Of a stretch of 32,000 nucleotides of DNA, positions 1 to 8,240 are shown piece by piece (the stretch's first letter is position 1; every line of letters begins with the position of its first letter). The translations under genes and the position numbers were made by a program. The DNA is taken from positions 90,001 through 122,000 of the forward strand of contig CAZMGY010000019.1 in NCBI GenBank assembly GCA_964565945.1. Direction: 5' to 3'. The stretch comes from an uncultured bacterium (GTDB taxonomy: Bacteria > GCA-001730085). Below the pieces are notes generated by a model. It was not told where the DNA came from. It saw only the letters and a program-made list of their open reading frames with translations, and made no database searches.

Positions 1-1397
1 TGGGCAAAAAGAAAAAAGATGTGATGGCAGCCCAGCGCGAGAAGTTTGTGCTTGGCTGCGAAGCCAAACATGAGATTGCGCCTGATTTGGCGCACAAAAT
101 TTTTGATACGATTTATAAATTTGCTGGCTATGGATTTAACAAATCTCACAGTGTGGCGTATGCTCTGATTTCGTTTCAGACGGCCTATTTAAAAGCCAAT
201 TATCCTGTTGAATACATGACAGCCTTGTTAACGCATTCGATGGATAACACAGATAAAGTTGTTTTGTTTATCGAAGAGTGCAAGCATATGGATATTGCCA
301 TTTTACCTCCCGATGTTAATGAAAGTCAGGCTGAGTTCACAGTTGTGTCGGAGGGAATTCGTTTTGGTTTGAGTGCTGTGAAAAATGTAGGCGAAGGGGC
401 GATTGAAGCGATTGATGTGGCAGCCAAAGAAGGGGGGGCTTTTTCGTCCTTAACCGATTTTTGTAAGCGCGTCGACATTTGCCAAGTGAACAAGCGGGTG
501 GTCGAAAGTCTGATTAAAGCAGGGGCTATGGACTCTTTTGGTGTTAATCGATCTCAAATGATGCATATTTTGGATCGGGTGATTGAAATTTCTCAAAAGG
601 ACCAAAAAGATAAGGTACGAGGACAGTCGTCTTTGTTTGAATTGATGGAGGAAGAAGGCGAAGCTCTGGTTGAAGAGCTCAGCTTTCCCGATATCGAAGA
701 ATGGCCGTGCAATGAGTTGTTGTCGTTTGAAAAAGAGCTGGTAGGTTTCTATGTGACTGGTCACCCCTTGGAGGAGTATAGTGACTTATTGAGTTTGTAT
801 GCCACCGAAAAGAGTTCGACGGTTGATAAATACAAGGATGTTGTTCCTCAAAAAGGCTATGGCGCCAATCGTGATCAGGGAGTCTTGGTGCGTGTTGGAG
901 GATTGATTGTGGATGTGCGCACGATTGTGACACGCAAAGGTGATAAAATGGCCTTTGTTCGGCTCGAAGACCTTGATGGTCAAATGGAGGTCACGGTATT
1001 TCCAAAGGCGTATGAAATGTATCGGGAATTCCTGGTGGTGGATCAATCTATTTTTATGGAAGGTAAAGCCAGTTTGAACCAAAGAAGTGGGGGCGTGCAA
1101 GTGATTGCGAGCAAAATCATTGAACTCAAAAATGTACCTGGTCTTTATGCCGATCAGTTTTGTGTTTCGTTGTCGAGTGATTTACTGGATCGTACCTGTA
1201 TTCAACAAATTCAAAAGCTAGTTCAAATGTATCATGGTGATTGTCCTTTAATGTTTCATTTGGATTTGCCGTCGAAGGAGCGTATTTGCATTCAAGCAGG
1301 AGATATCTACCAGGTGAATCCTAATGCGGAATTAAAGAAAAAAATAGAAGCTATTTTGGGTATGGGGTCGGTTTGTTTGGAAGGGAAATCTTCGTGA
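1..1397 (+). CDS. dnaE: DNA polymerase III alpha subunit, C-terminal portion (5' end lies outside the window)
   Basis: The reading frame is open to the window edge (codons phase from nt 3). 'GYGFNKSHSVAYALISFQTAYLKANYPVEYMTALLT' is the conserved DnaE region, followed by an OB-fold-like tail. Stop TGA at 1395-1397. Confidence 0.9.
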   Translation, partial: GKKKKDVMAAQREKFVLGCEAKHEIAPDLAHKIFDTIYKFAGYGFNKSHSVAYALISFQTAYLKANYPVEYMTALLTHSMDNTDKVVLFIEECKHMDIAILPPDVNESQAEFTVVSEGIRFGLSAVKNVGEGAIEAIDVAAKEGGAFSSLTDFCKRVDICQVNKRVVESLIKAGAMDSFGVNRSQMMHILDRVIEISQKDQKDKVRGQSSLFELMEEEGEALVEELSFPDIEEWPCNELLSFEKELVGFYVTGHPLEEYSDLLSLYATEKSSTVDKYKDVVPQKGYGANRDQGVLVRVGGLIVDVRTIVTRKGDKMAFVRLEDLDGQMEVTVFPKAYEMYREFLVVDQSIFMEGKASLNQRSGGVQVIASKIIELKNVPGLYADQFCVSLSSDLLDRTCIQQIQKLVQMYHGDCPLMFHLDLPSKERICIQAGDIYQVNPNAELKKKIEAILGMGSVCLEGKSS

Positions 1398-2485
1398 AAC
1401 GTTTGTTAACCTGGTTTCTTGGGTTGGCTGTTCTGAGTTTAGGTTCTTTGGAAGCCTCTTTGATTGAGTATCGCATAGCACGTCATCCCTATTATCGTTT
1501 GTCGGAGTTGGCGCAATCGTTAAACTTAGAAAGCACTTGGGAGGAGTCTAGAGACGTGATGACCTTGGCTTCGGACAAAATGGTTCTTAAGTTTATGCCT
1601 TATAACGATTGGTTTTGGGCCAATCACCAGGTGTTTTCGCTAAGGGGAATGGTGTGTTACCACCAAGGACAGTTGATGGTACCTGCTTCGGTGCGAAAAA
1701 CAATTCATGACATTTTAGATCGACCTGCTTCGCGTATTCAGGCCTATTTTCAAGCCCCTAAGCCCAAAGTAAAAAAGTCTTCGTATCGTATTCGGACCAT
1801 TATGCTTGATCCTGGTCATGGAGGCAAGGATAGTGGTGCCCTAGGGGCTCAGGGTCTTAAAGAAAAAAACATTGTGCTTAAAGTCGGTTTACGTTTGAAG
1901 CAGCTTCTCAGGGATAAAGGTTTTCAAGTCTTGTTAACCCGAAAGAACGATATCTTTTTGCCTTTGTGGAAAAGATCTCAATTGGCCAACGAAGCCAATG
2001 TTGATTTATTTATCAGTTTGCATGCAAATGCCGCACGTAATAAGAAATCTAATGGCTTGGAGGTGTTTTACTTGTCGGATGAGATGGATGATCATGCTAG
2101 AGCTCTTGCTGCTAAAGAAAATGGAGTGATGCAGCTAGAAGGTAGTCATCACCAGCAGCATTACTTTTTGCCTAATGATACAAACTTAGCCTTAAGAGAA
2201 ATCACTCTGGATGAATATCGACGCGAGAGTGTTAAGTTGAGTGAATTCATTTTGGATGAGATGGTTAATGCCACGGGCTTGCGCCGGAGAGGTGTGAAGG
2301 GTGCGCGTTTTTACGTGATTAAACATACGTTGCGGCCCGCTGTTTTGGTCGAAATGGGTTTTGTGACAAATCCCGAAGAGGCAAAGGTGTTGCTGTGTAA
2401 TACTGAACGCATAGCGTCGTCGATTGCCGAAGGCATTGTGTCGTATAGTCGTGAGTATGAACGCAGTGAAGGATTTTCTAGTTAA
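1394..2485 (+). CDS. N-acetylmuramoyl-L-alanine amidase (Amidase_3 family) with N-terminal signal peptide
   Basis: Zinc-amidase motifs 'IMLDPGHGGKDSGA', 'FISLHANA' and 'VLVEMGFVTNPEE'. Signal-like N-terminus 'VKRLLTWFLGLAVLSLGSLEA'. GTG 1394 overlaps the dnaE stop (GTGA). The ORF-track start at 1373 is a TTG and less likely. Confidence 0.85.
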   Translation: MKRLLTWFLGLAVLSLGSLEASLIEYRIARHPYYRLSELAQSLNLESTWEESRDVMTLASDKMVLKFMPYNDWFWANHQVFSLRGMVCYHQGQLMVPASVRKTIHDILDRPASRIQAYFQAPKPKVKKSSYRIRTIMLDPGHGGKDSGALGAQGLKEKNIVLKVGLRLKQLLRDKGFQVLLTRKNDIFLPLWKRSQLANEANVDLFISLHANAARNKKSNGLEVFYLSDEMDDHARALAAKENGVMQLEGSHHQQHYFLPNDTNLALREITLDEYRRESVKLSEFILDEMVNATGLRRRGVKGARFYVIKHTLRPAVLVEMGFVTNPEEAKVLLCNTERIASSIAEGIVSYSREYERSEGFSS

Positions 2486-2495
2486 GGTTGTATTA

Positions 2496-3323
2496 ATGAA
2501 TAGACGTCCTAAAATCGGTATTTTTGACTCGGGTTTGGGTGGCTTAAGTGTTGTGAAAGAATTGTTGCAATCGTCTCTGGCCTACGATTTGATTTACCTT
2601 GGAGATACGGCTCGTTTACCCTATGGTGCCAAGTCGCGAGAAACTGTGATTCGCTATTCGCATGACAATGCCCAATTTTTGATGAGCCAAGATGTGGATG
2701 CGATTGTGATTGCCTGTCACACCGCCTCTGCGTTTGCTTTAGAGTCTTTGCAACAAAGTTTTGATATTCCTTTTGTTTCTATGATTCCCTTAGCTTGCCA
2801 TAAGGCGTTAGAGATGACGCAGACCCAACATATTGGAATTATTGGAACGGTGGCAACGGTCCATAGTCGTTCTTACGAAGAGTTTTTATTGAAACAGGAA
2901 TCTCAACTGGTGGTGGATGCGAGAGCCTGTGCATTATTGGTCAGTTTGGCCGAGGAGGGATGGATTGACAGTTCCCTCACATATGCTATTATAGATAAAT
3001 ATTTAAGTAGTTTTGTTGCAAATAAAATGGATACCATTATTTTAGGTTGCACACATTTCCCTGTGCTTAAATCTCTTATTCAAAAATCTGTAGGGAGTGA
3101 TGTCTACTTAGTGGATCCAGCTCGGGAAGTGGCTACTTGTTTACAGGATTTGTGTGATGTTACGTATATGGGTACTGATGACGCACCCATGTCTTTGCGT
3201 ATGTATGTGACGGATTTTGTGCAGCGATTTTCGGATGTTTCACAGATTTTTTTAGGCCACAGCATAGATGTGAATGTGGACAAAGTTAAAATAGGTCAAG
3301 ATGTATGTATAGCAACGTTATAA
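2496..3323 (+). CDS. murI: Glutamate racemase
   Basis: 'IGIFDSGLGGLSV' plus the two catalytic-Cys motifs 'VIACHTAS' and 'ILGCTHFP'. ATG 2496 (MNRRPKIGIFDSG) is preferred over the upstream ORF-track start at 2424, which overlaps the amidase gene. Confidence 0.9.
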   Translation: MNRRPKIGIFDSGLGGLSVVKELLQSSLAYDLIYLGDTARLPYGAKSRETVIRYSHDNAQFLMSQDVDAIVIACHTASAFALESLQQSFDIPFVSMIPLACHKALEMTQTQHIGIIGTVATVHSRSYEEFLLKQESQLVVDARACALLVSLAEEGWIDSSLTYAIIDKYLSSFVANKMDTIILGCTHFPVLKSLIQKSVGSDVYLVDPAREVATCLQDLCDVTYMGTDDAPMSLRMYVTDFVQRFSDVSQIFLGHSIDVNVDKVKIGQDVCIATL

Positions 3324-3688
3324 AGCAAAGCTTTAGTTCGGCTCACAAAATTGAAGGACATTCTGGTAAATGTGCTTTTTTGCATGGTCATAATTGGGTC
3401 GCCGAGATTGTGGCATCTTGCGAAGAGCTGAACGATTTAGGTATGGGTGTAGACTTTGCCGATATGAAAGCTGTTGCTAAACCAGTTATTGATGAGTTGG
3501 ATCACTGCTATTTGAATGAGCTTCCTTATTTTCAAAGCCATCCGCCCACGGCTGAAAATGTGGCCAAATACATTTATGATGTTCTCGAACAATCTTTTCG
3601 AGAGAAAAATGTGACCATTGAAGAAGTTGTGATTTGGGAAACGGAGGGTTGCGGTGTTCGCTACTGGAAAAATAAGGAGAAAGTGTGA
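3305..3688 (+). CDS. queD: 6-carboxy-5,6,7,8-tetrahydropterin synthase (PTPS/QueD family)
   Basis: 127 aa. 'FSSAHKIEGHSGKCAFLHGHNW' carries the QueD/PTPS His/Cys zinc and catalytic signature. The start overlaps the murI 3' end. Confidence 0.85.
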   Translation: MYSNVIKQSFSSAHKIEGHSGKCAFLHGHNWVAEIVASCEELNDLGMGVDFADMKAVAKPVIDELDHCYLNELPYFQSHPPTAENVAKYIYDVLEQSFREKNVTIEEVVIWETEGCGVRYWKNKEKV

Positions 3689-4401
3689 TGAGGTCAGATG
3701 GACGTTCGTACGATGAAATGCGAAAGGTGAGGATTACGCCCAATTATATTAAAGGTCCTGAAGGTGCTGTTTTGATTGAAGTTGGTGACACAAAGGTGCT
3801 TTGTACGGCTTCTGTAGAAGATAGAGTTCCGCCTTTTCTAAAAGATCTTCAACAAGGTTGGTTAACGGCCGAGTATGGAATGCTTCCTGGATCGGGTAAT
3901 ACGCGAATTGCTCGCGAAGTGGCTCGTGGTAAGGTGAGTGGACGCACGGCTGAGATTCAACGATTGATTGGTCGTTCCTTGAGAAGTGTTGTGGATATGG
4001 CGCTCTTTCCTAAGACAACTATTTTGGTTGACTGTGATGTGATTCAAGCTGATGGAGGTACGCGCACGGCTTCTATTACGGGTGCTTATGTGGCTGTTAG
4101 TTTAGCTTTTCAAAAGCTTTTGCGTGAAAAAAAGATTAAGAAAAACCCTTTTAAAGATTCGGTAGTAGCCGTTAGTGTGGGCGTGAGCCGAGGCAATGCC
4201 TTTTTAGATTTGTGTTATGAAGAAGATTGTTGTGCAGACGTTGATATGAATTTTGTGATGACAGGTTCGGGACTTTTTGTGGAAATGCAGGGAACTGCTG
4301 AAGAAAAGCCTTTTAACCATCAACAATTGGAACAAATGATGCGCTTGGCTCAAAAGGGAATTGAAGAGTTAAGTCAGCTTCAGAAGGATATCGTGTTATG
4401 A
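3688..4401 (+). CDS. rph: Ribonuclease PH
   Basis: 'RSDGRSYDEMRKVRITPNYIKGPEGAVLIEVGDTKVLCTASVE', 'GRTAEIQRLIGRSLR' and 'QADGGTRTASITGAYVA' are typical RNase PH blocks. AAGGAGA RBS at 3674-3680. The ATG overlaps the queD stop (TGATG). Confidence 0.92.
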   Translation: MRSDGRSYDEMRKVRITPNYIKGPEGAVLIEVGDTKVLCTASVEDRVPPFLKDLQQGWLTAEYGMLPGSGNTRIAREVARGKVSGRTAEIQRLIGRSLRSVVDMALFPKTTILVDCDVIQADGGTRTASITGAYVAVSLAFQKLLREKKIKKNPFKDSVVAVSVGVSRGNAFLDLCYEEDCCADVDMNFVMTGSGLFVEMQGTAEEKPFNHQQLEQMMRLAQKGIEELSQLQKDIVL

Positions 4402-5003
4402 GTGATGGTAAGCATCAAGTCGTCTTAGCAACGGCTAATCAAGATAAACGTTGCGAATTGTTGCGTTTGTGGGACGATGAATCGTGGGAGATTTTGACCT
4501 TGCAAGACTTTCCCGACATGCATAATATGATTGAGGATGGCGAAACCTTTGAGGCCAATGCGATCAAAAAAGCTTGCGAGGTGTCGTTGCATACAGGTTT
4601 GTTAGCTTTGGCGGATGATTCTGGTTTAAAGGTGGACGCCCTCAATGGAGCTCCAGGCGTTTATTCGGCACGTTACTCTGGAGAAAATGCAACCTATCAA
4701 TCCAATATCAATAAGCTTTTACATCGTTTGCAGGGTGTTCCTGTTGAAGAACGCACAGCAAGATTTGTTTGTTGTATGGCCTTGGTTCGTGGAGAAGATA
4801 TTTTGGCAGTCGTTAAGGGGAGATGCGAAGGTTATATTCTCGAAGATAGTGTTGGAACAGAAGGCTTTGGTTATGATCCTGTCTTTGTCTATCCTTCTAT
4901 GAACAGAACATTTGCCGAAATGTCCTATCAAGAAAAAAATCAAGTCAGTCATCGGGGTCAAGCTTTAAAAAAAATAGAAAGTATTCTAAAAGATATCTCC
5001 TAA
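4398..5003 (+). CDS. rdgB: Non-canonical purine NTP (dITP/XTP) pyrophosphatase, Ham1/RdgB family
   Basis: 'VLATANQDK', 'DDSGLKVDALNGAPGVYSARY', 'GFGYDPVF' and 'KNQVSHRGQAL' motifs. ATGA overlap with rph. Confidence 0.9.
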   Translation: MSDGKHQVVLATANQDKRCELLRLWDDESWEILTLQDFPDMHNMIEDGETFEANAIKKACEVSLHTGLLALADDSGLKVDALNGAPGVYSARYSGENATYQSNINKLLHRLQGVPVEERTARFVCCMALVRGEDILAVVKGRCEGYILEDSVGTEGFGYDPVFVYPSMNRTFAEMSYQEKNQVSHRGQALKKIESILKDIS

Positions 5004-5171
5004 ATTAGTCGTTTTGGCTTTGTATTTGACGCTTTAAAACATATTTTTTATGATTAAAAAAAGATATAGATGAAAAAAATTAGAAATTGTTATTGATTAA
5101 AGTTTAAAATGCCAGTAGAATGGCCCGTTGTTTCTACTCTGATTTGCTAGCTAAGAGGGTGTATCTTGTAA

Positions 5172-5214
5172 TTGACACGACACACTGGAGACAGCTATAT
5201 ATTTTGGTTATAAT
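5172..5214 (+). promoter_or_regulatory. Candidate sigma70-type promoter(s) for the small two-gene cassette
   Basis: TTGACA at 5172-5177, an 18-nt spacer, then TATATA at 5196-5201. A perfect TATAAT also sits at 5209-5214. The surrounding 250-bp intergenic region is AT-rich, about 40-80 nt upstream of ATG 5253 (RBS AAGGAG). Confidence 0.4.
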
Positions 5215-5252
5215 AAAGAACGTATTATAGTTGGTTTAAGGAGATTTATTGT

Positions 5253-5534
5253 ATGAGTTCAGCCAGTCTTAGAGAAAAAATGCAAATTTACATTGAAGAT
5301 TTGGATCGTAATGAAATTAGTAGCATGCTTGAGGTTTATATCTCTGAGAAAACTTTAGGCAAGATTCTTGATGTTTCTCCAGTATTTATTTCTAGAAACT
5401 GGGAAAAATGGGCGCGGGAGTATGGTATTGAGCCTATTAACTTGAGTGGAACGAAAGCTCGTCGGCGGTATTTGCGTTGGAAGCTTTCGGATGTTGAAAA
5501 ATTGTTTGAGTGTTTAAAAGCTGAGTGTGTTTAA
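5253..5534 (+). CDS. Hypothetical 93-aa protein with excisionase/MerR-type (HTH_17-like) helix-turn-helix
   Basis: Good RBS (taAGGAGatttattgtATG). 'TLGKILDVSPVFISRNWEKW...G...RRRYLRWKLSDVEKLF' follows the pattern of excisionase-family DNA-binding domains. No other family recognised. Confidence 0.55.
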   Translation: MSSASLREKMQIYIEDLDRNEISSMLEVYISEKTLGKILDVSPVFISRNWEKWAREYGIEPINLSGTKARRRYLRWKLSDVEKLFECLKAECV

Positions 5535-5560
5535 TCATTTCAACAGGAGAGGGTGAGGCG

Positions 5561-5872
5561 ATGTCTGAAGCAATTGACTTGTTGACCATAGCATACGAAG
5601 AAAATGGTTTGGAAGTGGTGAAAGAGCTTGATAAACAGGTTCTGTCGAAAGGTGCTTGGGCGACAATTATATATCGTTACCAAGATTGGGATCGAAACAA
5701 AGAATGTTACGGGCTCGAAAAATACTCCATTCGTCGTTATCAAAAAAGTGGCGACTTTTACAAACCACGTTCGAAATTTAATATTTCTAGCCGTAAACAA
5801 GCTTTGCAGTTGATAGATATTTTACAAACATGGCTTCAAGATAGTTCTGAAGAGAATGAAGCTGACGAGTGA
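5561..5872 (+). CDS. Hypothetical 103-aa protein with acidic C-terminal tail
   Basis: ATG 5561 is preceded by GGAGAGGGTGAGG. It lies 26 nt after the upstream stop and ends 3 nt before ilvE. The tail is 'DSSEENEADE'. No family recognised. Confidence 0.5.
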   Translation: MSEAIDLLTIAYEENGLEVVKELDKQVLSKGAWATIIYRYQDWDRNKECYGLEKYSIRRYQKSGDFYKPRSKFNISSRKQALQLIDILQTWLQDSSEENEADE

Positions 5873-5875
5873 TGC

Positions 5876-6952
5876 ATGGGAGCTGTTATGAATATTGAGA
5901 TCAATCGTGTGGACAAAAGTCGGATTGCGGATGTTGATTTTGACCATTTGGAATTTGGTCTCCTTTTCGCGGATCATATGGCCCAGATGATCTATACGGA
6001 TGGTGTGTGGGGTCAACCAGAAATTAAACCTTGCCAGGACATTTCCTTTCATCCTTCGATGAGTGCTTTACACTATGGGCAGTCAGTGTTTGAAGGGATC
6101 AAAGCTTTTTCCACGGAATCAGGTCAGGTCAATATTTTTCGTGTGCCCGATCATGTTCGTCGTTTGAATTTTTCCTGCGAGCGCATGTGTATGCCTGCTT
6201 TGCCCGAAAAAGACGTGATCCAGTTAATTAGTGTTTGCGTTGACATGGATCGTCAGTGGGTTCCTAAGCAACAGGGTTCGGCTTTGTATTTGCGTCCCTT
6301 TGTGTTTGGGATGGATCCTTTTATTGGAATGCGGCCCTCGGAAAACTATAGGATGCTGATGATTGCTTCGCCTGTGGGACCTTATTATAAAAATTGCCTT
6401 GAAAAACCGATTAAGCTGGTTTCTTCTGAGGAATTTGTTCGAGCGGTTGTTGGGGGTACTGGGCAAGCTAAAACCGCGGGCAACTATGCTGCTAGTATGT
6501 TACCAGCCAAATTGGCCAAAGAGCAAGGATATGACCAAGTTTTATGGTTGGATGGCAAAGAGAGCCGTTACATTGATGAGGTTGGCACCATGAATATCTT
6601 TTTTGTGATTAAGGATACTCTTGTGACGCCTCCTTTGTATGGTGCGGTTTTGGATGGAATCACGCGACGCTCGATCATCGCTTTAGCCAAAGATTGGGGC
6701 GTAGCCGTTGAGGAAAGGCAGATTGATATTCATGAGATTCTCGATGGGGTCGATGAAGGTTCTGTGCAAGAGTGTTTTGGAACGGGTACGGCTGCCGTTT
6801 TGTCTCCAATTGGAGAAATCAAGCACGGTGATTGTGTGGTGCATATCAATCAGGGTCAAACAGGTCCCTTGACGCAACAATTCCGTGAGGCCATCATGGG
6901 GATTCAGTATGGTATCCAAGATGACGTCTATGGCTGGAACTATTTGATTTAA
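5876..6952 (+). CDS. ilvE: Branched-chain amino acid aminotransferase (class IV PLP enzyme)
   Basis: 'YGQSVFEGIKAF', 'LYLRPFVFG', 'GTGQAKTAGNYAAS', 'EVGTMNIFFV' and 'ECFGTGTAAV' blocks. The start could alternatively be ATG 5888. Confidence 0.88.
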   Translation: MGAVMNIEINRVDKSRIADVDFDHLEFGLLFADHMAQMIYTDGVWGQPEIKPCQDISFHPSMSALHYGQSVFEGIKAFSTESGQVNIFRVPDHVRRLNFSCERMCMPALPEKDVIQLISVCVDMDRQWVPKQQGSALYLRPFVFGMDPFIGMRPSENYRMLMIASPVGPYYKNCLEKPIKLVSSEEFVRAVVGGTGQAKTAGNYAASMLPAKLAKEQGYDQVLWLDGKESRYIDEVGTMNIFFVIKDTLVTPPLYGAVLDGITRRSIIALAKDWGVAVEERQIDIHEILDGVDEGSVQECFGTGTAAVLSPIGEIKHGDCVVHINQGQTGPLTQQFREAIMGIQYGIQDDVYGWNYLI

Positions 6953-6978
6953 TTGTGTACATATCGTCTACACGTCGT

Positions 6979-7058
6979 ACTGTGGTTTGATCACGGTATC
7001 TACGCCCCCATTATAACCGTGGCATGGATCCCCATCATTAAGGGGAGGGTGACTGTGG
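6979..7058 (+). promoter_or_regulatory. Possible structured leader upstream of nadA (function unknown)
   Basis: Hairpin CACGGT(6992-6997)/ACCGTG(7016-7021) encloses 'ACGCCCCC'. Second hairpin TCCCC(7029-7033)/GGGGA(7042-7046). ACTGTGG repeats directly at 6979-6985 and 7052-7058. Confidence 0.2.
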
Positions 7059-7201
7059 CAAAAAAAGCATTATTGATGAGGATGTCCAAGTGTATGGGGT
7101 GACGATCATGTACTTGCAAGGTTGACGTTGATTTGAGTTGAATTCAAAGGCTGTTGTTGATACAATTATAGTCTGTTTAGTTATTAATGTAGAGGTGTTT
7201 T

Positions 7202-8218
7202 GTGTTAACCGCCCAAGATTTGCATGAGCGTTTAAAGACCGTCAAGCTCGGAGTAGCCATCTGTTCTTACACAATGGAGAAGTGTGAACAATTAGCCCCT
7301 TTGATTAATGAAATCAATGCTCTTAAACAAGAAAAAAATGCTGTTATTCTTACCCATTCCTATGTGAGTCCCGAGATTCTCTATGGTGTTGGCGATTTTG
7401 TAGGTGATTCTTATAAGTTGAGCAAAGATGCCTTAGCGACCGATGCTGATGTGATTGTGTTTACGGCTGTACGTTTTATGGCTGAGACGGCTAAAATTCT
7501 TAATCCCCAAAAAGAAGTTTTGATTCCGAGTCAAAATAACGGTTGCACATTGGCTGATTCAATCACAGGCGAAGAGGTTCGTCGTTTGCGCCAGGAATTT
7601 CCTGATTACTCTTTTGTTTGCTATATCAATACGACAGCAGATGTCAAGGCGGAGTGTGATGTATGCGTGACTTCGGGCAATGTTTATGATGTTGTTGAGG
7701 CTATTGACAACGATAAAATTTATTTTTTGCCCGATAAGCTTATGGGCAAAAATTTGCAAAATGAAATGAAAGAGCGTGGTGTGGCTAAAGATATTCAAAT
7801 TTATCATGGCACTTGTTATGTTCACGAAGAGTATGATCCCGAAATGATTGAATATATTCGTATGGAGTTTCCTAGCGCTAAAGTGGTTAGTCATCTCGAG
7901 TGCTCTCCTCAGGTTTTAGGGAATTCTGATTTTATTGGAAGCACAGCTCAGATTATGAATTATATGAAAAGTGAGAAATCCTCAGAATACCTTATGCTGA
8001 CAGAATGTGGTTTGAGTGCTCGTTTGCAAGTGGAGATGCCAGAGAAAAAATTTGTTGGATCGTGCAGCATGTGTCGTTATATGAAGTCGAATACCTTGGA
8101 AGGGATTTTAAAAATTCTTAAAAATCCCAGTGAAGAAGATAAAATAGAACTTGATGAAGATGTGCGACGTCGTGCTCAAACCTGCATTGATGCCATGTTT
8201 GCGTATACGTCGAAGTAG
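7202..8218 (+). CDS. nadA: Quinolinate synthase
   Basis: 'NAVILTHSYVSPEI', 'VRFMAETAKILNP', 'VCYINTTADVKA', 'VTSGN' and 'HGTCYVHEEY' are colinear with E. coli NadA as I recall it. GTG start. Confidence 0.87.
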   Translation: MLTAQDLHERLKTVKLGVAICSYTMEKCEQLAPLINEINALKQEKNAVILTHSYVSPEILYGVGDFVGDSYKLSKDALATDADVIVFTAVRFMAETAKILNPQKEVLIPSQNNGCTLADSITGEEVRRLRQEFPDYSFVCYINTTADVKAECDVCVTSGNVYDVVEAIDNDKIYFLPDKLMGKNLQNEMKERGVAKDIQIYHGTCYVHEEYDPEMIEYIRMEFPSAKVVSHLECSPQVLGNSDFIGSTAQIMNYMKSEKSSEYLMLTECGLSARLQVEMPEKKFVGSCSMCRYMKSNTLEGILKILKNPSEEDKIELDEDVRRRAQTCIDAMFAYTSK

Positions 8219-8240
8219 TGCTAAATAAGGAGGAAAACTT

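Noticed and set aside
450-1100. Three 84-104-aa minus-strand ORFs inside dnaE
   Set aside because: They are antisense to a strongly conserved DnaE frame and have no motifs. These are typical shadow ORFs.
2424-2495. Upstream start for murI, overlapping the amidase gene by 62 nt
   Set aside because: MurI homologues begin a few residues before 'IGIFDSGxGG', and ATG 2496 fits. The extension lies inside the amidase coding region.
5525-5560. GTG-initiated extension of the second small cassette gene
   Set aside because: It would overlap the first gene and place the GGAGAGGGTGAGG RBS inside the coding sequence. ATG 5561 is correctly spaced from that RBS.
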